From Octopus vulgaris (Eukaryota), in assembly GCA_951406725.2 (NCBI GenBank), contig OX597814.1, positions 91,016,001 to 91,080,000 of the forward strand: DNA of 64,000 bases. Direction: 5' to 3'. The number at the start of each line of letters is the position of its first letter. Positions within the stretch are counted from its first letter, which is position 1. Under the pieces are notes generated by a model that worked only from the letters and a program-made list of their open reading frames with translations, was not told the origin of the DNA and did not search any database. Of the stretch, positions 1 through 13,700 are shown in pieces. The translations under genes and the position numbers were made by a program.

Positions 1-1550
1 TATTACACTGCAGAGTTTAGATTAAAATTTCGTCAAGTGAATATTTAATATATTTCGATAATAGACTCTATTAATCTATTTTTGTCAGTACACAGAGTTC
101 TGTGCAAGAAAAACAGATGAGATTTAAAACCCGAACGCATTTCTGTACATCACAAAGTAATTATCTAATAATCTCTTTAGAACAAGATTAGCAATAGGTC
201 ACTGACGAAAGTCCAAGAAACAAGTAGCTTTTCGGTTAATCTCTGCATTGATAAAACTTGGAGTGTATTTACTTTCTCTTTTAAAGTTTTACAAGGATGC
301 CGACTCAAAGGTTTATTTGTACAAACATGCATACGGCCTCTAAAACAAAACTGTCTATTGTACGATTAAGTTATCCGTTAATTTACTTTGTTAACGCAGG
401 CACTATCACAAGGAAGGAAGAGACTACTACAGCTCTTTCCAAGTATGGATATAAAATATATAGCTCAAACTATGTGACGATTCTTTCCATTGTAAAGATC
501 TAACAAGACTAAAATTAATACACGTGATTTTTTTTTCTATCCTTAGACATCAAATTCTAGAAGTAGAAAATGCCCTTGAAACGCGATATATAATGTAGGA
601 ATTTTTCTTATTAAAGAAAAGATAAGATACAGTTCCCTCAAAGTTATAGACTTTCTTCCAGTATCACTTAACTAATTTACCCGCGTGTATAAATATCTCT
701 ATACACCATTATTGTTATCAAATCCACCACGTAAGATAATCATATAGACGACATTATGTGTATTAAAAGTGTTGAACAAATTTTTTTGAGATATGTGCTT
801 GGAATAATAGTCAATTGCGGCACTTAATTTTTTCATAGTATTTAGAGATGTATAGTACACTTTTAGTTGTTATTTCTACTATAGTTCACTTCGTATTTAT
901 AGTACCAATAGATTAATTTTTATCATACTTTATTATCCAAAGATAATTAAATTATAGTGAATTTTTAGATCATTTATAGGAAACAGAATTGCTGAATATA
1001 AAGAATTATATATGATCGAATTATTTGCGTTTTCAATTTGCCTGTTGCTGACACAGTATAAACCCAATCATTTGACAATTAACCTAAATTATGTGCTGAA
1101 ATTATTTTATGACGTTAACTGTCACATATGGCCGGCTGGAAGAAATGATCATTAGATTTAATTAGTCCAGCCATCCTACATGCTTAATTCGGTAATAAGA
1201 TGAAGGAACACGAGAAAATTGTACGTGTGCAATAAAAAACTAAAACTCAGGTGATGTGACGAGACGAAAACGACGGATCCTATTAGAACCCGTGAATCAT
1301 AATTTTACACTAAAACCCCTATTTTTGCCGATTAGATACACACGGTGGTTCATAATGATACTTCTCATTTTTTGTAATAAGTGTAATTTATTTGTAATAA
1401 ACACGCTTGTTCAAATCCGAGATACTTGTGTCTAAAAGTGTTCCAATCCTAGTTACACTTGTCTAAAAGGAGTCCCAACTTTATGCTTTAATTTTTCATC
1501 AATAATAATGTCTTTGTCAGTATATAACATTATTAATTTAAGATAGATAT

Positions 1551-1764
1551 TGATTTCAAATATTGGCACAAAGTCTGCAATTTCGTGTGAGGGCGTCAGT
1601 CGGTTACAATGGCCTCAAAGTTCTACTGGTACTTATTCTATCGACGCCGAAGGGTTGAAAGGCAAAGTTGACCTCGGGAGATTTTAAACTCAGAACGTAA
1701 AGAAGGACGAAATGATGCTAAGCGTTTTTCATATGGTGCTAACGATTCTGCTAGTTCCCCGCCT
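1551..1764 (-). mobile_element. tRNA-derived SINE, family A (Meta-domain-like core), degenerate
   Basis: Reverse complement matches the clean copy at 26067-26291: GGCGgggAaCTaGCAGAATCGTTAGCAC head and GAGGTCaACTTTGCCTTTCA...GTCGATAgAATAAGTACCAG core. Confidence 0.8.
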
Positions 1765-1792
1765 ATTTTAAGTTTAATATTAACAGATAGTA

Positions 1793-1993
1793 AGACGGCG
1801 AGCTGGCGGAATCGTTACCGCACCGGACAAAATGCTTAGCATCATTTCTTCCGACTTTACAAATGCCACCGGTGCATGTAATATACTATCGGGGCCTATA
1901 ATATACGTACCGTATGTGCACTGGGGTCAATGTAGTTGACTTATACTCTCCATTAAAATTGCAAGACTTATTTCAAAATTTGGAATCAATATT
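1793..1993 (+). mobile_element. SINE family A, degenerate
   Basis: GGCGAGCTGGCGGAATCGTTAcCGCACCGGACAAAATGCTTAGC head; CTGGGGTCAATGTAGTTGACTT downstream. Confidence 0.75.
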
Positions 1994-2412
1994 AACTTAT
2001 GTTATCGTAAGTAAATATCATAAGCAAATATAAGCTTAAATAATTAATTGTTGTCGGCGAACCATACAGCGTTATTTAACCATAATACACTACCAAATAT
2101 GTTAAAGTCTGATAAGTCGATAGCGTATCCTACATGTGTTAGCAGTGCAATTTAATCACTTTTAAATATCTTCTCTACAAATTTTCGTAACTTTTAGTGC
2201 CGACTAATTTATATCGAAAATCTGTAGCGATAACTTTAAAAAGTGATTAAATCGCACCATTATCAGCCATTATCACTGGTAGGATATAATATCCACTTTT
2301 CAGCCTTGAACATATTTGACTGAATATTAAGGTTGCATAAGGAAGTACAGTTCCCCGACCAGCAATAAGTTACTTAAGTTAGGATTTACTTATGATAAAG
2401 TATGTTAATATT

Positions 2413-2588
2413 CGTTTAAAATTTTGACACAAGTCCTGTAATTCCGGGGAAAGGTGTAAGTCGATTACTTTGACCCGAGTGCAAAACTGGTTCTTATTTT
2501 ATGGGACCTAAAAGGATGAAACGCAAAGTCGACCCCGGCCACTAGGTATTTTGTCTGACCCGGTAACGACAATGCCAGCTTGCCGCCT
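2413..2588 (-). mobile_element. SINE family A, internally deleted
   Basis: AAGGATGAAAcGCAAAGTCGACC and GCCAGCTtGCCGCC are the reverse complements of the family A core and head. Confidence 0.7.
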
Positions 2589-2631
2589 TAATCGCTGTTG
2601 ATATCAAGGCAAAAAATATAAAAAAAAGGAA

Positions 2632-2748
2632 GAAATTCCACAGAGGTTGACTTTGTCTTTCATCCCTCAGGCTCGACCAAGTAAGTACCAGTTAGCATTG
2701 GAGTCGATATAATCGACTTCTCCTTACTGCAAAGTTTGAAAACAATAA
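2632..2748 (+). mobile_element. SINE family A, 3' part
   Basis: GAGGTTGACTTTGTCTTTCATCC...TAAGTACCAGTT...GAGTCGATATAATCGACTT. Confidence 0.7.
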
Positions 2749-3071
2749 TCACTATTTATCTTACATTATCGAGTGGAATATATTTCTATAAAATATAAAC
2801 AGATTATTTATTTCGAAAATTAAAATGCGACATCGGTTCTACACAACCGAATTGAACATAGAGTCTCTAACTGAAGTCGTCCTTTAATAATGTCTTTATG
2901 TATGCCATGTCTGATATATGATCTTCGTTATAATACGTTATTCTATCAAAGTCTGTGTCTGTTAACCGACGTTCTTTTAGAATTACAGTAGTCGACCTAG
3001 AATAAGTGGCTAAAAACGGTCTTCAGTGAGCATGCCTTCCAGTAGCTAGGAGATAACGTGTCTTATGTATG

Positions 3072-3102
<31 letters not shown>

Positions 3103-3276
3103 AAAGGGCTTAGTAAAATAAATTACTTTGCCGCATACTGAACTCATTAGAAATAGCAACAAACCCAAATAAGCAAGTGAAGAATTTCTGTTCTCCCCTT
3201 TCCACCAGCGTGGGTTAAAATCATCAAACGCTATGCTTATTTCGGTAAAATATATATATATATATATACATACACA

Positions 3277-3321
<45 letters not shown>

Positions 3322-3325
<4 letters not shown>

Positions 3326-3389
3326 TGAAGGTGGTAAATTTCAGAATAGCACACTTACATACACACACACACACACACATAACTCACAC

Positions 3390-3487
<98 letters not shown>

Positions 3488-3522
3488 AAGTGTGCTATTC
3501 TGAAATTTACCACCTTCAGCAT
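3322..3522. repeat. Perfect 39-bp inverted repeat flanking a (CA)n/(TA)n/(TG)n microsatellite
   Basis: 3322-3360 atgctgaaggtggtaaatttcagaatagcacacttacat is the exact reverse complement of 3484-3522. Confidence 0.9.
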
Positions 3523-4084
3523 TTATAAACGATACTTAACACTTGATTTCTAAAATGTTGGCAAAAAAGAGTCAGGTGTGTTGAAAATATTTCCAGCTTC
3601 TGAAGTGTATTTGGAAGCTAAATTTATACAGTTTCTTGTTAAATATATTCCTTGTCACGTTGACAATTACAATTGATTGGGAAATTTTCTTTCAGAAAAA
3701 ATCGAAACCAAAATCAGTAGGTCGTGCTGAACTTTTGTAGTAGTGATTTCCTTTGAAATGAAAGAACGTATGCTGCATATATTAAGATGTTCTTTAATAA
3801 GTTGACTTGATATTATTAAAAGTTCTACGTCATAATATTGGTTTTTATATATAACGTAACTTTAATATTAGCAGTAATAAGGTTTTTTTTAAATAAAAGA
3901 ACGTCTATATAACTGTTTTTCTTTTGTTAGTGAAGCATGTAATTACATTACCATCAACAGTGGCACAGGTGTAACATTCTATATGTAGAACACTGTATGG
4001 TGCAAAGGCATGAATGATATATGATTACACGTGTATGTGTGTGTGTTCCACTGCTTATGCACAGCTTATATTTGGTAGGTTTTA

Positions 4085-4296
4085 ATTCATCACATATATT
4101 TGCGGATCCGTGGAATAAGCTGCCGGACGAGATAGTGAAGATGCCGACGACCGCTCGGTTCAAAGTCTCCCTTGACCACAAATGGCCTGAACTCTTTACA
4201 TGAACACCACCCTGTACTTAACTCCATGTCCCCCTACATGGCCTTGCTTTTTGCTTTTTGAGCCAAAATATTTACTATCTAACTAACTAACTAACT
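4085..4296 (+). mobile_element. CR1/L2-group LINE 3' end with (CTAA)n tail
   Basis: Peptide ADPWNKLPDEIVKMPTTARFKVSLDHKW* fits the WNxLP...FK..LD C-terminus of CR1-group ORF2, followed by a short UTR and ctaactaactaactaact. Confidence 0.75.
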
Positions 4297-4499
4297 TAGT
4301 TAGAAACTCAAATATTTGAAAACGTGTTGCATTGTTTGATTTAAAATATTCAAAGACGTAACTAAAAATGTATTTTTCTCAAATCAAATATGTAGGATGT
4401 TCTGGCTAAATTTGGCTTTTTGCGTAAAAGGGAGAAAAATCATATTATCCCACCCAAAAGAAAATTATTTCAAAAACTCAAAAAGTAACTACTAAATTA

Positions 4500-4990
4500 T
4501 AGCTGGGAGATAACAGTTTATTCAAAGTAGCCACCTCAGCGACCACAGCGGTGTCAAGACGCTTGCATTCCTTACTGCAGCCCTGGGAATATCTTCATTT
4601 TACTCAACTTGGTGCTCCAGGCAGAGCAGCTGATATCTTTCTCAACCGCTCCCTACTCATAGTAATTCATTGGAATACAATCGGAAAAATTGTTAGGTCA
4701 CAAATTGGGACTGGTCAAGTCGTAGGGCATTATTTGACAAAACTTTTTGTCCCTCTTTGGAGTTGTAGGAAGGAGCCGAATTCTACTGCCACACACAGAC
4801 ATCCAGCAGCTAAACATATCCATCTGAATTGAGCCTAACTGCCCTGTTAAAAGTTGCGGGGATCGATTCCAGCGTGTAGACGCAGCACAACGCCTGCTAT
4901 TCCCCTTCCTGTTGGCTGCAGATTCGTAGACTACGTTACGATTGTCCATGGCACGACTTACGGTTCGTGTACAGAGACCTTTGAGAAGTA
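4500..4990 (-). mobile_element. Tc1/mariner-like transposase C-terminal remnant (weak)
   Basis: Minus strand reads CKRLDTAVVAE then, after a frameshift, GGYFE*, a typical Tc1/mariner-superfamily C-terminus. The rest is too decayed to read. Confidence 0.4.
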
Positions 4991-5439
4991 GCTATGATGT
5001 TGGCATTTTGAAATACGTTGCGAATAATGATGATTCAGATTACTCTTTTCCAATACTCAGACACCTTCCAGTATTCCATGCCAGCTAACGATTTTTCTCC
5101 ACTAAAACTTTAATCTTTATGCCACCGAACGTCGTTCACTGTTTGTTCACCAATACAAGAAATTGTTTCTGAGAAAAGGAGACATGAAATATTGTCAATT
5201 TTAATCCGATTAGCCTTTAAGAAATACGAGTGATAACGATTCTTTAATATATTTCGGTCAATTTAATTGCAAAGGTGTCGTTATCAACAAAGGTAAAGCC
5301 ACACAGTTTTAGTGGAGATCTCTTTAATCTATACCCCTCTTTCAAAATTAGTAATGACTGGGGAGTAGATTCCTCGGTGTCCTAATTAGCTTCTGCAACC
5401 GAAAACGTTGCAGTTCATCTTATTGAAACTATAATATGT

Positions 5440-6000
5440 TGCATTATATAAAATAGATGTTGTCCTGAGGTTTCGTGAAATGAGTCTCCTCAAATTTCTT
5501 GCAGAATACTTGATGGCGTTTCCCCAGGCCGTCAACGTGACAGTCAATTCTAGTATCATTCAGCCTGTTAGGTATTGGTTTTGTTGCGCCAAACGCACCC
5601 GTTACCTTAGGAATAATTATCGTTTTATTCTTCCACAGTCTCTTCATATTTTTGGCTGATTTTGATATTTTGTAGGCATTCACTCTGTTATCATATGGCA
5701 TTGAAAAATTTATGATCTAAATATGTTTTATATTTTATATTTTCTCTCCTCTTCATTCATATCTGATACTCCTGCTTCAAATTATCGTTAGCTTTTCTAG
5801 GGGAGATTCCCCATAGAATCTTGAAATTATCATTCTCTATTACAACTTCTAGATCGGAGATTTTCCACTGTTACCTAATTTATGTCTACATACACCGCTA
5901 ACAAAGCACAGCATGTTTTTACCTGCACCCTCATTCCTGGATTTATGCTTTTTTTTTTTATTGCGGCAGTTCAATACTTTACTCAAGCTGCTAGCTTACG
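5440..6000 (-). mobile_element. Old R4/Dong-type LINE 3' remnant (RLE domain)
   Basis: Minus-strand peptides IENDNFKILW and MPYDNRV...KRLWKNKTIIIPKVTGAFG are homologous to the C-terminus of the element at 18332-19816. Confidence 0.7.
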
Positions 6001-7722
6001 GTAATTACTCATTATTCATTGATTTTTTTTTTTTTGTTATTGTTCGTTTATGAATTTATAGAATGTGCGATATCGGTGAAAAGGTCTCGATTGTGTAACT
6101 AATAAATTGCCTAATATTATTAGGTCTTGGTAGTAAAGGAAGTTGTTGCCTATGTTGGTGATAGCTGGTGTTGATGACATCATGTGAATTATTTTTGTTT
6201 ATTGGGGGTGTTTGTATATAGTAGTGGTCGCTTTATTTAATTAGGTAGCGATTGTATTGTATATTTTTCTGTTTGATTTTCGAAAATTTTGTTTCTTCTA
6301 AGATGACCATCATGCGTAAATATGGGAGTCGTATGATATTTTGCTTATGTTGCTATTATGTGCACGTGCAACATCGCAAATCAAAAGAATATGTTTATAC
6401 ATTCTTAAACATATTCCGGTTGATATTGACACGAACATTCTAATCGCGTTTGTATATCCTTTTCCTAGTATAACTTCTCCCTTTATGCGATGAGTATCGG
6501 TAAATCACACGATTAGATCCTGAGATTCTGTTAATTAAGACACTCAGTCATGTCCATACTGTCAAACTATTCGTCTTTAAACGTGGCTCAATTCTTTTGT
6601 TTGTATGTTAACCTTGGCGACGCAAAGTTTCACTGGCATTGAAGCAGTGATTTTTACGAATAACATGAATTTTCACCATGTGGCCGCTATCCATTGTTAA
6701 TGAATTTCGTCCAGTTTGGGCCCACATTCAACAGATGATTTCCCTGACTATAATCGACTATATCACAAGTAACAATGAATACAACTGCATATATTCCCTC
6801 CAAATCGTTGTTGCAACATTAGACAAATGTTTATAATAAATACTTACCTGTTTTCTATTAGAATTTTATATCCATGGGCCTCATTGATGAGTTTGCGATG
6901 AAATACACATGTAGAGTCAAAATGTGTTCAGTTTAGTTCACTCTAAATATGCCATTGAATAATGAGTAGCTAACATGCTATGGAAATGAATATCGTGGCA
7001 ACCAATAGAGGTAACTAAACTTGTGAGAACGTTGTACCACTTTACTGAGAAGCTATTTTAAAAGCGTATACATTCCTACATTCAGAAGAAAAAGAAACTA
7101 TTCGAATTGTAGCCGCAGGATTGTTAATTTATATTTACTATCAATCGAAATTATGCATTAGGTAAGTATTTTGAAGATGAGGCGTGTGTTGTTGGGTTAT
7201 ATTTTTAAATATATTACTGGTATTTAGTTCTCTTTGTAACAGAAACATTAAGTACACAATTGATACGAGATAGACATTTACAATATTACCGAAATAGATG
7301 TAGTAAGAAATTCAACATTTTGACCATTCATACCATTTCAAGAAGGATTATCGATTCATGTTAGCATTGAATGTAAAGATATTTCGTATTTGAGATACGT
7401 AAGAGTATTTGAATAAATATGGTAAAGGAGAAATAAAAGGTATAGTGATAACCTTTGAAATTTTCTTTGAATTCATTGAAATGTTTAGATAGAAATAGTT
7501 AGAAATGTAAAAAAAAGAGTCAATTCGTTTCTTAAATCTTATATATATCTAAACTTATGTCCTTCATTATATGACATTGTGATATTAATATAAATACTTT
7601 TCCCTGAGTATGTTGTGCTGGATAGTCACTGGGAATAATAACTATATTATTTCTAAGATGCATTGCTACTTGTAGATAATACAATAGTTTGTACTTCGTA
7701 GCATACTAGCATTACTTATTTA

Positions 7723-8934
7723 TCAGGTCATCCCATTAGTTCTGTCCGATTTTACCTTTTTAAAAATTGAATGACTTTTAATAGTATTTTAGAATGTCTA
7801 ATGTAATTAAAACTTATTTTCATGCATTTGTGTACATTTAAACTAATTAGATATTATTTTACAGAATAATAGAATTAAAATTTCTTTGATTAAATCCCTT
7901 TCTAAAATGGAAGTATCCAAAGAGCATTTGAGGCACATAATGCTTTATGAGTACGAAAAAGGAAACTCTGCAGCCGAAGCGACTCGAAACGTACACTCAG
8001 TTTATGGAAAAGGATACATGAATGAAATAACTTGCAGAAGATGGTTTGCAAAATTCAGGAGTGGAGATTTCAGCCTTGAAGATGAAGATCGAACAGGACG
8101 TCCAGTTGAGTTTGATGATAAGCTCCTTGAGGCATTACTTGAAGAAAATTCTGCATTATCAGTTGAAGAATTAGCAATAAAGCTTAGTTCACACCATACA
8201 ACTGTTTATCGTCATCTTCAACAACATGGAAAGTTTCCTAAACTTGAAAATAGGTGAATTGTCCGAAAGCAACTGCAAATGCCGAGTTGCATCTGCTCTT
8301 CTCTCCATTCTCGCGAACTCAGTTCACCCTTTTTGGATAGACTTGTGACTGCTGACGAAAAATGGATCTTCTATCGAAATGTTAAACGTCGTAAGCAGTG
8401 GCTTGGTAAAAGGAAAAAAGCTCAACCACAACCGTGAAGGGAACTTCATGGAAAAAAGGTTCTTCTCCCTATCTGGTGGGATTGCAAAGGAGTAATTTAT
8501 TATGAATTTTTACCACGTAATACAACAATCAAAGCTCAAGTCTACAGTCAGCAATTCGAGCATTTGAACCAAGCCTTGAAGAAAAAATATTCGCTTTAGT
8601 GAATCGAAAAGGAGTGATGTTTCATCAGGACAATGAGCGACCCCACACTGCAAAGATCATCCACCTTATTCTCCCGACCTTGACCCTTCAGACTACCGTT
8701 TGTTTCGTAGTTTACATTTGTGGCACATAACTTTCGCAAGCCAGAAGGAAGTCGAAACTAACATTTCAGAGTTCTTCGCTTTGAAACCAAAAGAGTTTTA
8801 CATTGTAAATAGATTGAAGGAAGTAATAGATAATCAGGGATAGTACGTTGATGATTAATTTTCTATTAAATATAAGATTTGACCACTTGTTTTTCTTTAT
8901 TCAAAATTCGGACAGAACTAATGGGATGAATTGT
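7723..8934 (+). mobile_element. Near full-length mariner (DD34D) DNA transposon, inactive
   Basis: TIRs tcaggtcatcccattagttctgtccga (7723) and tcggacagaactaatgggatga (8908), with TA at the left end; ~1.2 kb long; encloses a transposase pseudogene. Confidence 0.92.
7907..8858 (+). pseudogene. Mariner transposase pseudogene
   Basis: MEVSKEHLRHIMLYEY...WFAKFRSGDFSLEDEDRTGRP, LVTADEKWIFY, WWDCKGVIYYE, FHQDNERPH, PYSPDLDPSDY; several stops, frameshifts and a deletion before YSPDL. Confidence 0.9.
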
Positions 8935-10204
8935 AACATACATTTAAAATACATTCTACTTCATTCAAACATTAACTAATATTTGATAGAGAACTTAATA
9001 CACTGGATAGCGCTGATACATATGGTTATTATATGAAATGTTGACTCACTCCTTAGAATTACACAGCGGGTCGGGCTGGGCTGGGCTATTTATAATTGTC
9101 GTCAATATATAGACATATAACAATATTTCACTTTAATATGTGTTAACACGTCAATTAATGTCATGTTAGTAAAGGCGTATAATTTATGAGATATATAAGT
9201 GCATGTGTGTGGCTGACTATTGTAACACTAAATTGCTCAATTATGTGTGCATAAACAAGACTGAGTATAGGTATCTTAAAACATCTTAAAATTATACAAT
9301 ATTTTGTTAGACGATTTTATTTTTCGTTTCTCTCTACGAATGAAACGTTTGGCAAACTGAACGTTCCCTCACAGACGTTACAGGATATGAAGGATGCTGA
9401 GAAATTTGCTTAAAATGAACAATGAATTTGAATCTGTATTGCATGGAATGACAAACAAAAGCATAATCATGAATGATCAACAAGGGATTGGAACATTCGC
9501 ATGTGTGTGTATGTGTTGATATATAGAAATATAGAAATATATACATATATGTGTCTATGTATGTAAGAGTGTGTATAAATGTATGTGTGTGTGTCTATGT
9601 GTGTGTATGTGTTTGTGAAATATTTTACAGACAATTAATCTGCTTTGATCCCGTGCAGTATTATAGCCAGGGTTCTCGAGCCTTGGGGCTAAAACAATTT
9701 TCGCGCCTACCACCTTAATTAAAAGGCTTGCAAATCAAAGGAAGTTCTACGCCTCTTCACATATGTGGGGCCAAAGGCGGTTGGCTTCTTTGTCTCCATT
9801 CATTTTAATCATGTGAGTTCTTGAGTATTGCGATGATGTTTCTGCAGTGTAATATATATAAACTGCTTGAAACTTACAAACACACTGTAGTTATTCACGA
9901 TTATTCATGACTCCCCGTGACGTACAGGTTAAATAAACATAATAGAGTCAGACCGTATGAGTTCTCTTAAAATCGAAACAGAATTAATTATTTCAAACTC
10001 GAGTAATTTAGAATATGAGACATTCTGTTTCTCAAAGTATCTAGTGCATAATTGGATATCTGTAAGTATATCTATTGCATTACGAATATACAAGCATAAA
10101 AGAGTGCTAAAGGATTCCACCACGAGACTCACACATGTGTATGCAATAATGTGAGTGTGCGGAAATGTATTCAATATGTATATATATATATATATAAATA
10201 TTTA

Positions 10205-10662
10205 TGTCGTCTGATCAATAAGTATCCGGACTATTGCCATAGTAACGAAGCTAAAGCACACAAGAGTGAAGCCACTTGGCAAAGATTGAACTTGAACTGT
10301 GGTGTGCAAGCACACTAGGTTTATCATTCTAGCTCACTTCCACTGTTTACAGCAGTGCTTGGAAGTAACATGTGTAACGTGTGATCGTCGCATTGATCAG
10401 GACGGAAAAAGTTGAGCAGAGGAGCTACATCAAATTTTGCCAAAAACTTGGCGATACCTGCTCAGAGGCCTATGCAAAGTTTTCAAAGAGTTTTCATCGT
10501 TTTCAACACAACCAAGGAGATCTTGTGCAGCTGAAAGCCGAATGTCTTTTTGGTCAATTGAAAGCAGTTTGGGCATAAATTTAGCAGACACGCCTCTCAA
10601 ACCCAAATCTTCAATGATGATAGACTGAACTGAACCGTAACTAATGTGCACATCCGCACGGA
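10205..10662. mobile_element. Rearranged mariner fragment: 5' end (+) fused to an inverted internal segment (-)
   Basis: Plus strand has a TIR-like start (gtctgatcaataagtatccggac) and EQRSYIKFCQKLGDTCSEAYAK. Minus strand has ISYGSVQSIIIEDLGLRGVSAKFMPKLLSIDQK (WVPHEL-equivalent region). Confidence 0.8.
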
Positions 10663-10668
10663 TGTGTG

Positions 10669-10743
<75 letters not shown>

Positions 10744-13700
10744 GTGTGTGTGTGTGTGTGTACGTGTGTGTGTGTGTGTGTATAAAAGACAAGTACAGTG
10801 AATACACCGATTAATACATCTGTATATTTCCTATCTGTTTGTCATTTCTACTGTCAGGTTCACAGCATATTTGATTTAAGCGCGCCCGATGCACGTTTCC
10901 GTTGCAACGTTATCTCGCAAATAGCATTTTCACCCAGGTACATTCATGTGGCTATTAGTCGATGCAACTTCTTTCAAGTTCCAGCCACTGACGTAGTCTG
11001 AAGCGACCGACATGTAATCTAGCAAAGCGAAACCAGGAGTTAGCCATCGGATGAAATACATTGGGATTATCTACCTTAAGTCTAGGTGATCGCTACCACT
11101 TGCTGCTCTTAGACACAACTTGTATTATTACTGAGTCCTCGAACAGTACACGTCTGGATATTTTATCCCTATCTATTTTTCTTTTCTCTCTCTCTTTCTC
11201 TGTCTCTGTCTCTGTATGTATATATATATATATATTCATACACACTCATTTATATATATATATATATATATATATACATACATGCATACACACATATATG
11301 TACATGCACTTGTATGTGTGTATATATGTATATACGTATGTATGTATGTATGCATGCAGGTAGATAGGTATATACATGTCAATATTTATTAAACAAACAA
11401 AAAACGGATCGAAAGCCCTTCCGGAGTTATACGGTCATAAGCAGATTTACCGGATTATGTACCGTACGTCTCTGCGCCGAAAATCTGTCCTCTCTACTCA
11501 CCACACACCCACACACAGAACACAGAACACACACACATACACACACACACGTGCACATACTCACATACACACACAGATACGCACGAACACAAATACAGAT
11601 ACTCACACACACGAACAAATACACAAACATACATGCACACGCTTACACCCGCACCCCCGCACCCATGCACACTAAGAAACACATATATTAAATTACATAC
11701 GGATATAAATATTTTTTTAATTTAATTTTTCTCTTCCTCGGTTGTGTCATGTGTTACTAAGTGTTTTCGTATATGTTTGAACTTTGTATCTTACACAGCA
11801 TGTGGAAATTTCTAGCTGCCTTTAATAATTTTAAAACTACGATCACAGTCGTTACCTCGATTCACTACGTGTGTTTGACGTCAATGTTTCCAAGGTAACA
11901 TTTCAGACAGCAACACCATCTTGCAGCAAATCACATCAAAGAAATACTGATTTTCTATGAGTTGTATCTGTATGAATGTATGTGTATGTATTTGTATGTG
12001 TGCATATATGTATGAGTGTGTGTTTGTATGTGTGCTTGTACTTGAGAATAAGTGTGGCTGTGCGATTCGTCTTCGTGCATATGTTCGTCTACATATTAAT
12101 ATGTATGCGACTGCCTGTCGATGTGTGAGTATTTTATTTATTTATTGTTCGAAAGGTAGAGAAAGAGAAGGAAATATAACGGTAAAGAAGAAGAGAATGA
12201 AAAAAGAAACGGAAAATGGATAAGAATGACAGAGAAACTTAGAAATTAACATAAATACATTTGACACTTGAAAATTTCTATATAATGATTGAGATTAACA
12301 ATACAATAATTGTAAACATTGGCTTACAAAGCAAGCATCGATTTTTGTGCCTGTGCAAACACACAGGCATGGACAGTATCTATCCCCAAGATATACAAAC
12401 ACATCTTATTGTCTAAGAAATTCCCAGTTCAATTTTAAATTTCATAATTAAATTCGTATAGGGGCTTATTACATATACACACACATGTTATCAATTTATA
12501 TAAGGCATTATTCTCCAGATACTTTTCCTAGATAATTTATGAGCTTATATGTATGTATGCATGCATGCATGTATGTATGTATGTATGTATGTATGTATGT
12601 ATGTATGTATGTATGTATCTATCTATCTATCTATCTATCTATGTCTACGAAGAGAACGTGAAACAGTAACAGACAAAACTGTCTGACGAACGAGTACATG
12701 ACATTTTGAGTAAAAGTTTTTGGGACGTCTTTGCAGTCCTATTAATAAAGCTTATTATTATACTCCGGTATTGGAGTATTATTTTTTTCCACCTTGTTTC
12801 ACATTTATGTGCTTATTCTGGTATATATATATATATATGCATGTATCCATTTGTTTCTGCGTCTATATTCATACGAGTGTATGAAAACCATATATTTATC
12901 AACAGGGCCAGAAGATATTGAACCCCATTAAAATATTCACATTCTCTATAACTCATATGATTGGTGCAACCAAATATAATATTCTTTCTTCTCTAGACAA
13001 AAGGGCCCGAAATTTTTGAGGAGGGGTCTAGTCGATTATAATATAATATAATATTGATCCTACGTTTGGAACGGTACTGGTGATGAACACAAAGCTTCCC
13101 AGACTCCAGTAAAGTGTCACATATGGACATGGTGCAACCTCTGGCACGCTGTTTCGGTTCTTACCTCCATATGCGTTTGTACGTCTACATTTATAGTCCC
13201 TGCACCATTATTAATCCTCGTATTTACATTATTAATCCTCGTATTGAATCGTTAAGCTTGCTGTTTTATTTCTCGCAGAATCTCGGTTGTAATTGTTGAA
13301 GAAAAGTAACATAATTAGTTTTCAATCTCGCCAGTCTAAGAGAGCCTGCAAACTATGAACATTACGCTTTCATCTAAACCCAGAACAATATATGTTATGT
13401 GCTATTATAACATAATAACCACGTATATACAAAATCAATTGGGTAAATTTTTTTCTGATTATTTTTTAATACAGTTGAAAAGAAATGGTAGAGATTGTGC
13501 AGTGGAATCGTTTGCATTAAGCACTGTATGTAAATACTTCACATTTGATCCAGCATGAAGTGATGTTTACTTAATTCGTCACTATACACATATCGCTTTA
13601 AGAGAAAACTTTGCATTGGAAATTGTGATAAAAGTTCACGTTTTCTGATTAACTCTTAGTTATAACAGAATGGCCTTCACCACCAAGAGATACGCTTTCT

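Larger units (their letters stand above)
1480..2830. repeat. Old degenerate inverted duplication (palindrome) centred at ~2200
   Basis: Mirror matches across non-SINE sequence, e.g. gtgcaatttaatcactttt (~2145) vs aaaagtgattaaatcgcac (~2239) and caaatatgttaaagtctg (~2094) vs cagccttgaacatatttg (~2301). Central hairpin is TAGT-gccg-ACTA. The flanking SINE copies are mirrored too. Confidence 0.8.

Noticed and set aside
6440-6700. Possible Helitron helicase remnant (FVFKR...QF-like)
   Set aside because: Only a few residues match and no consistent frame can be read.
6878-6918. Hammerhead-like ctcattgatgag...gaaatacacatgtagag
   Set aside because: The core is altered and there is no convincing stem II.
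9668-9880. hAT-like start ccagggttctcgagcc
   Set aside because: No matching right TIR or 8-bp TSD was found.
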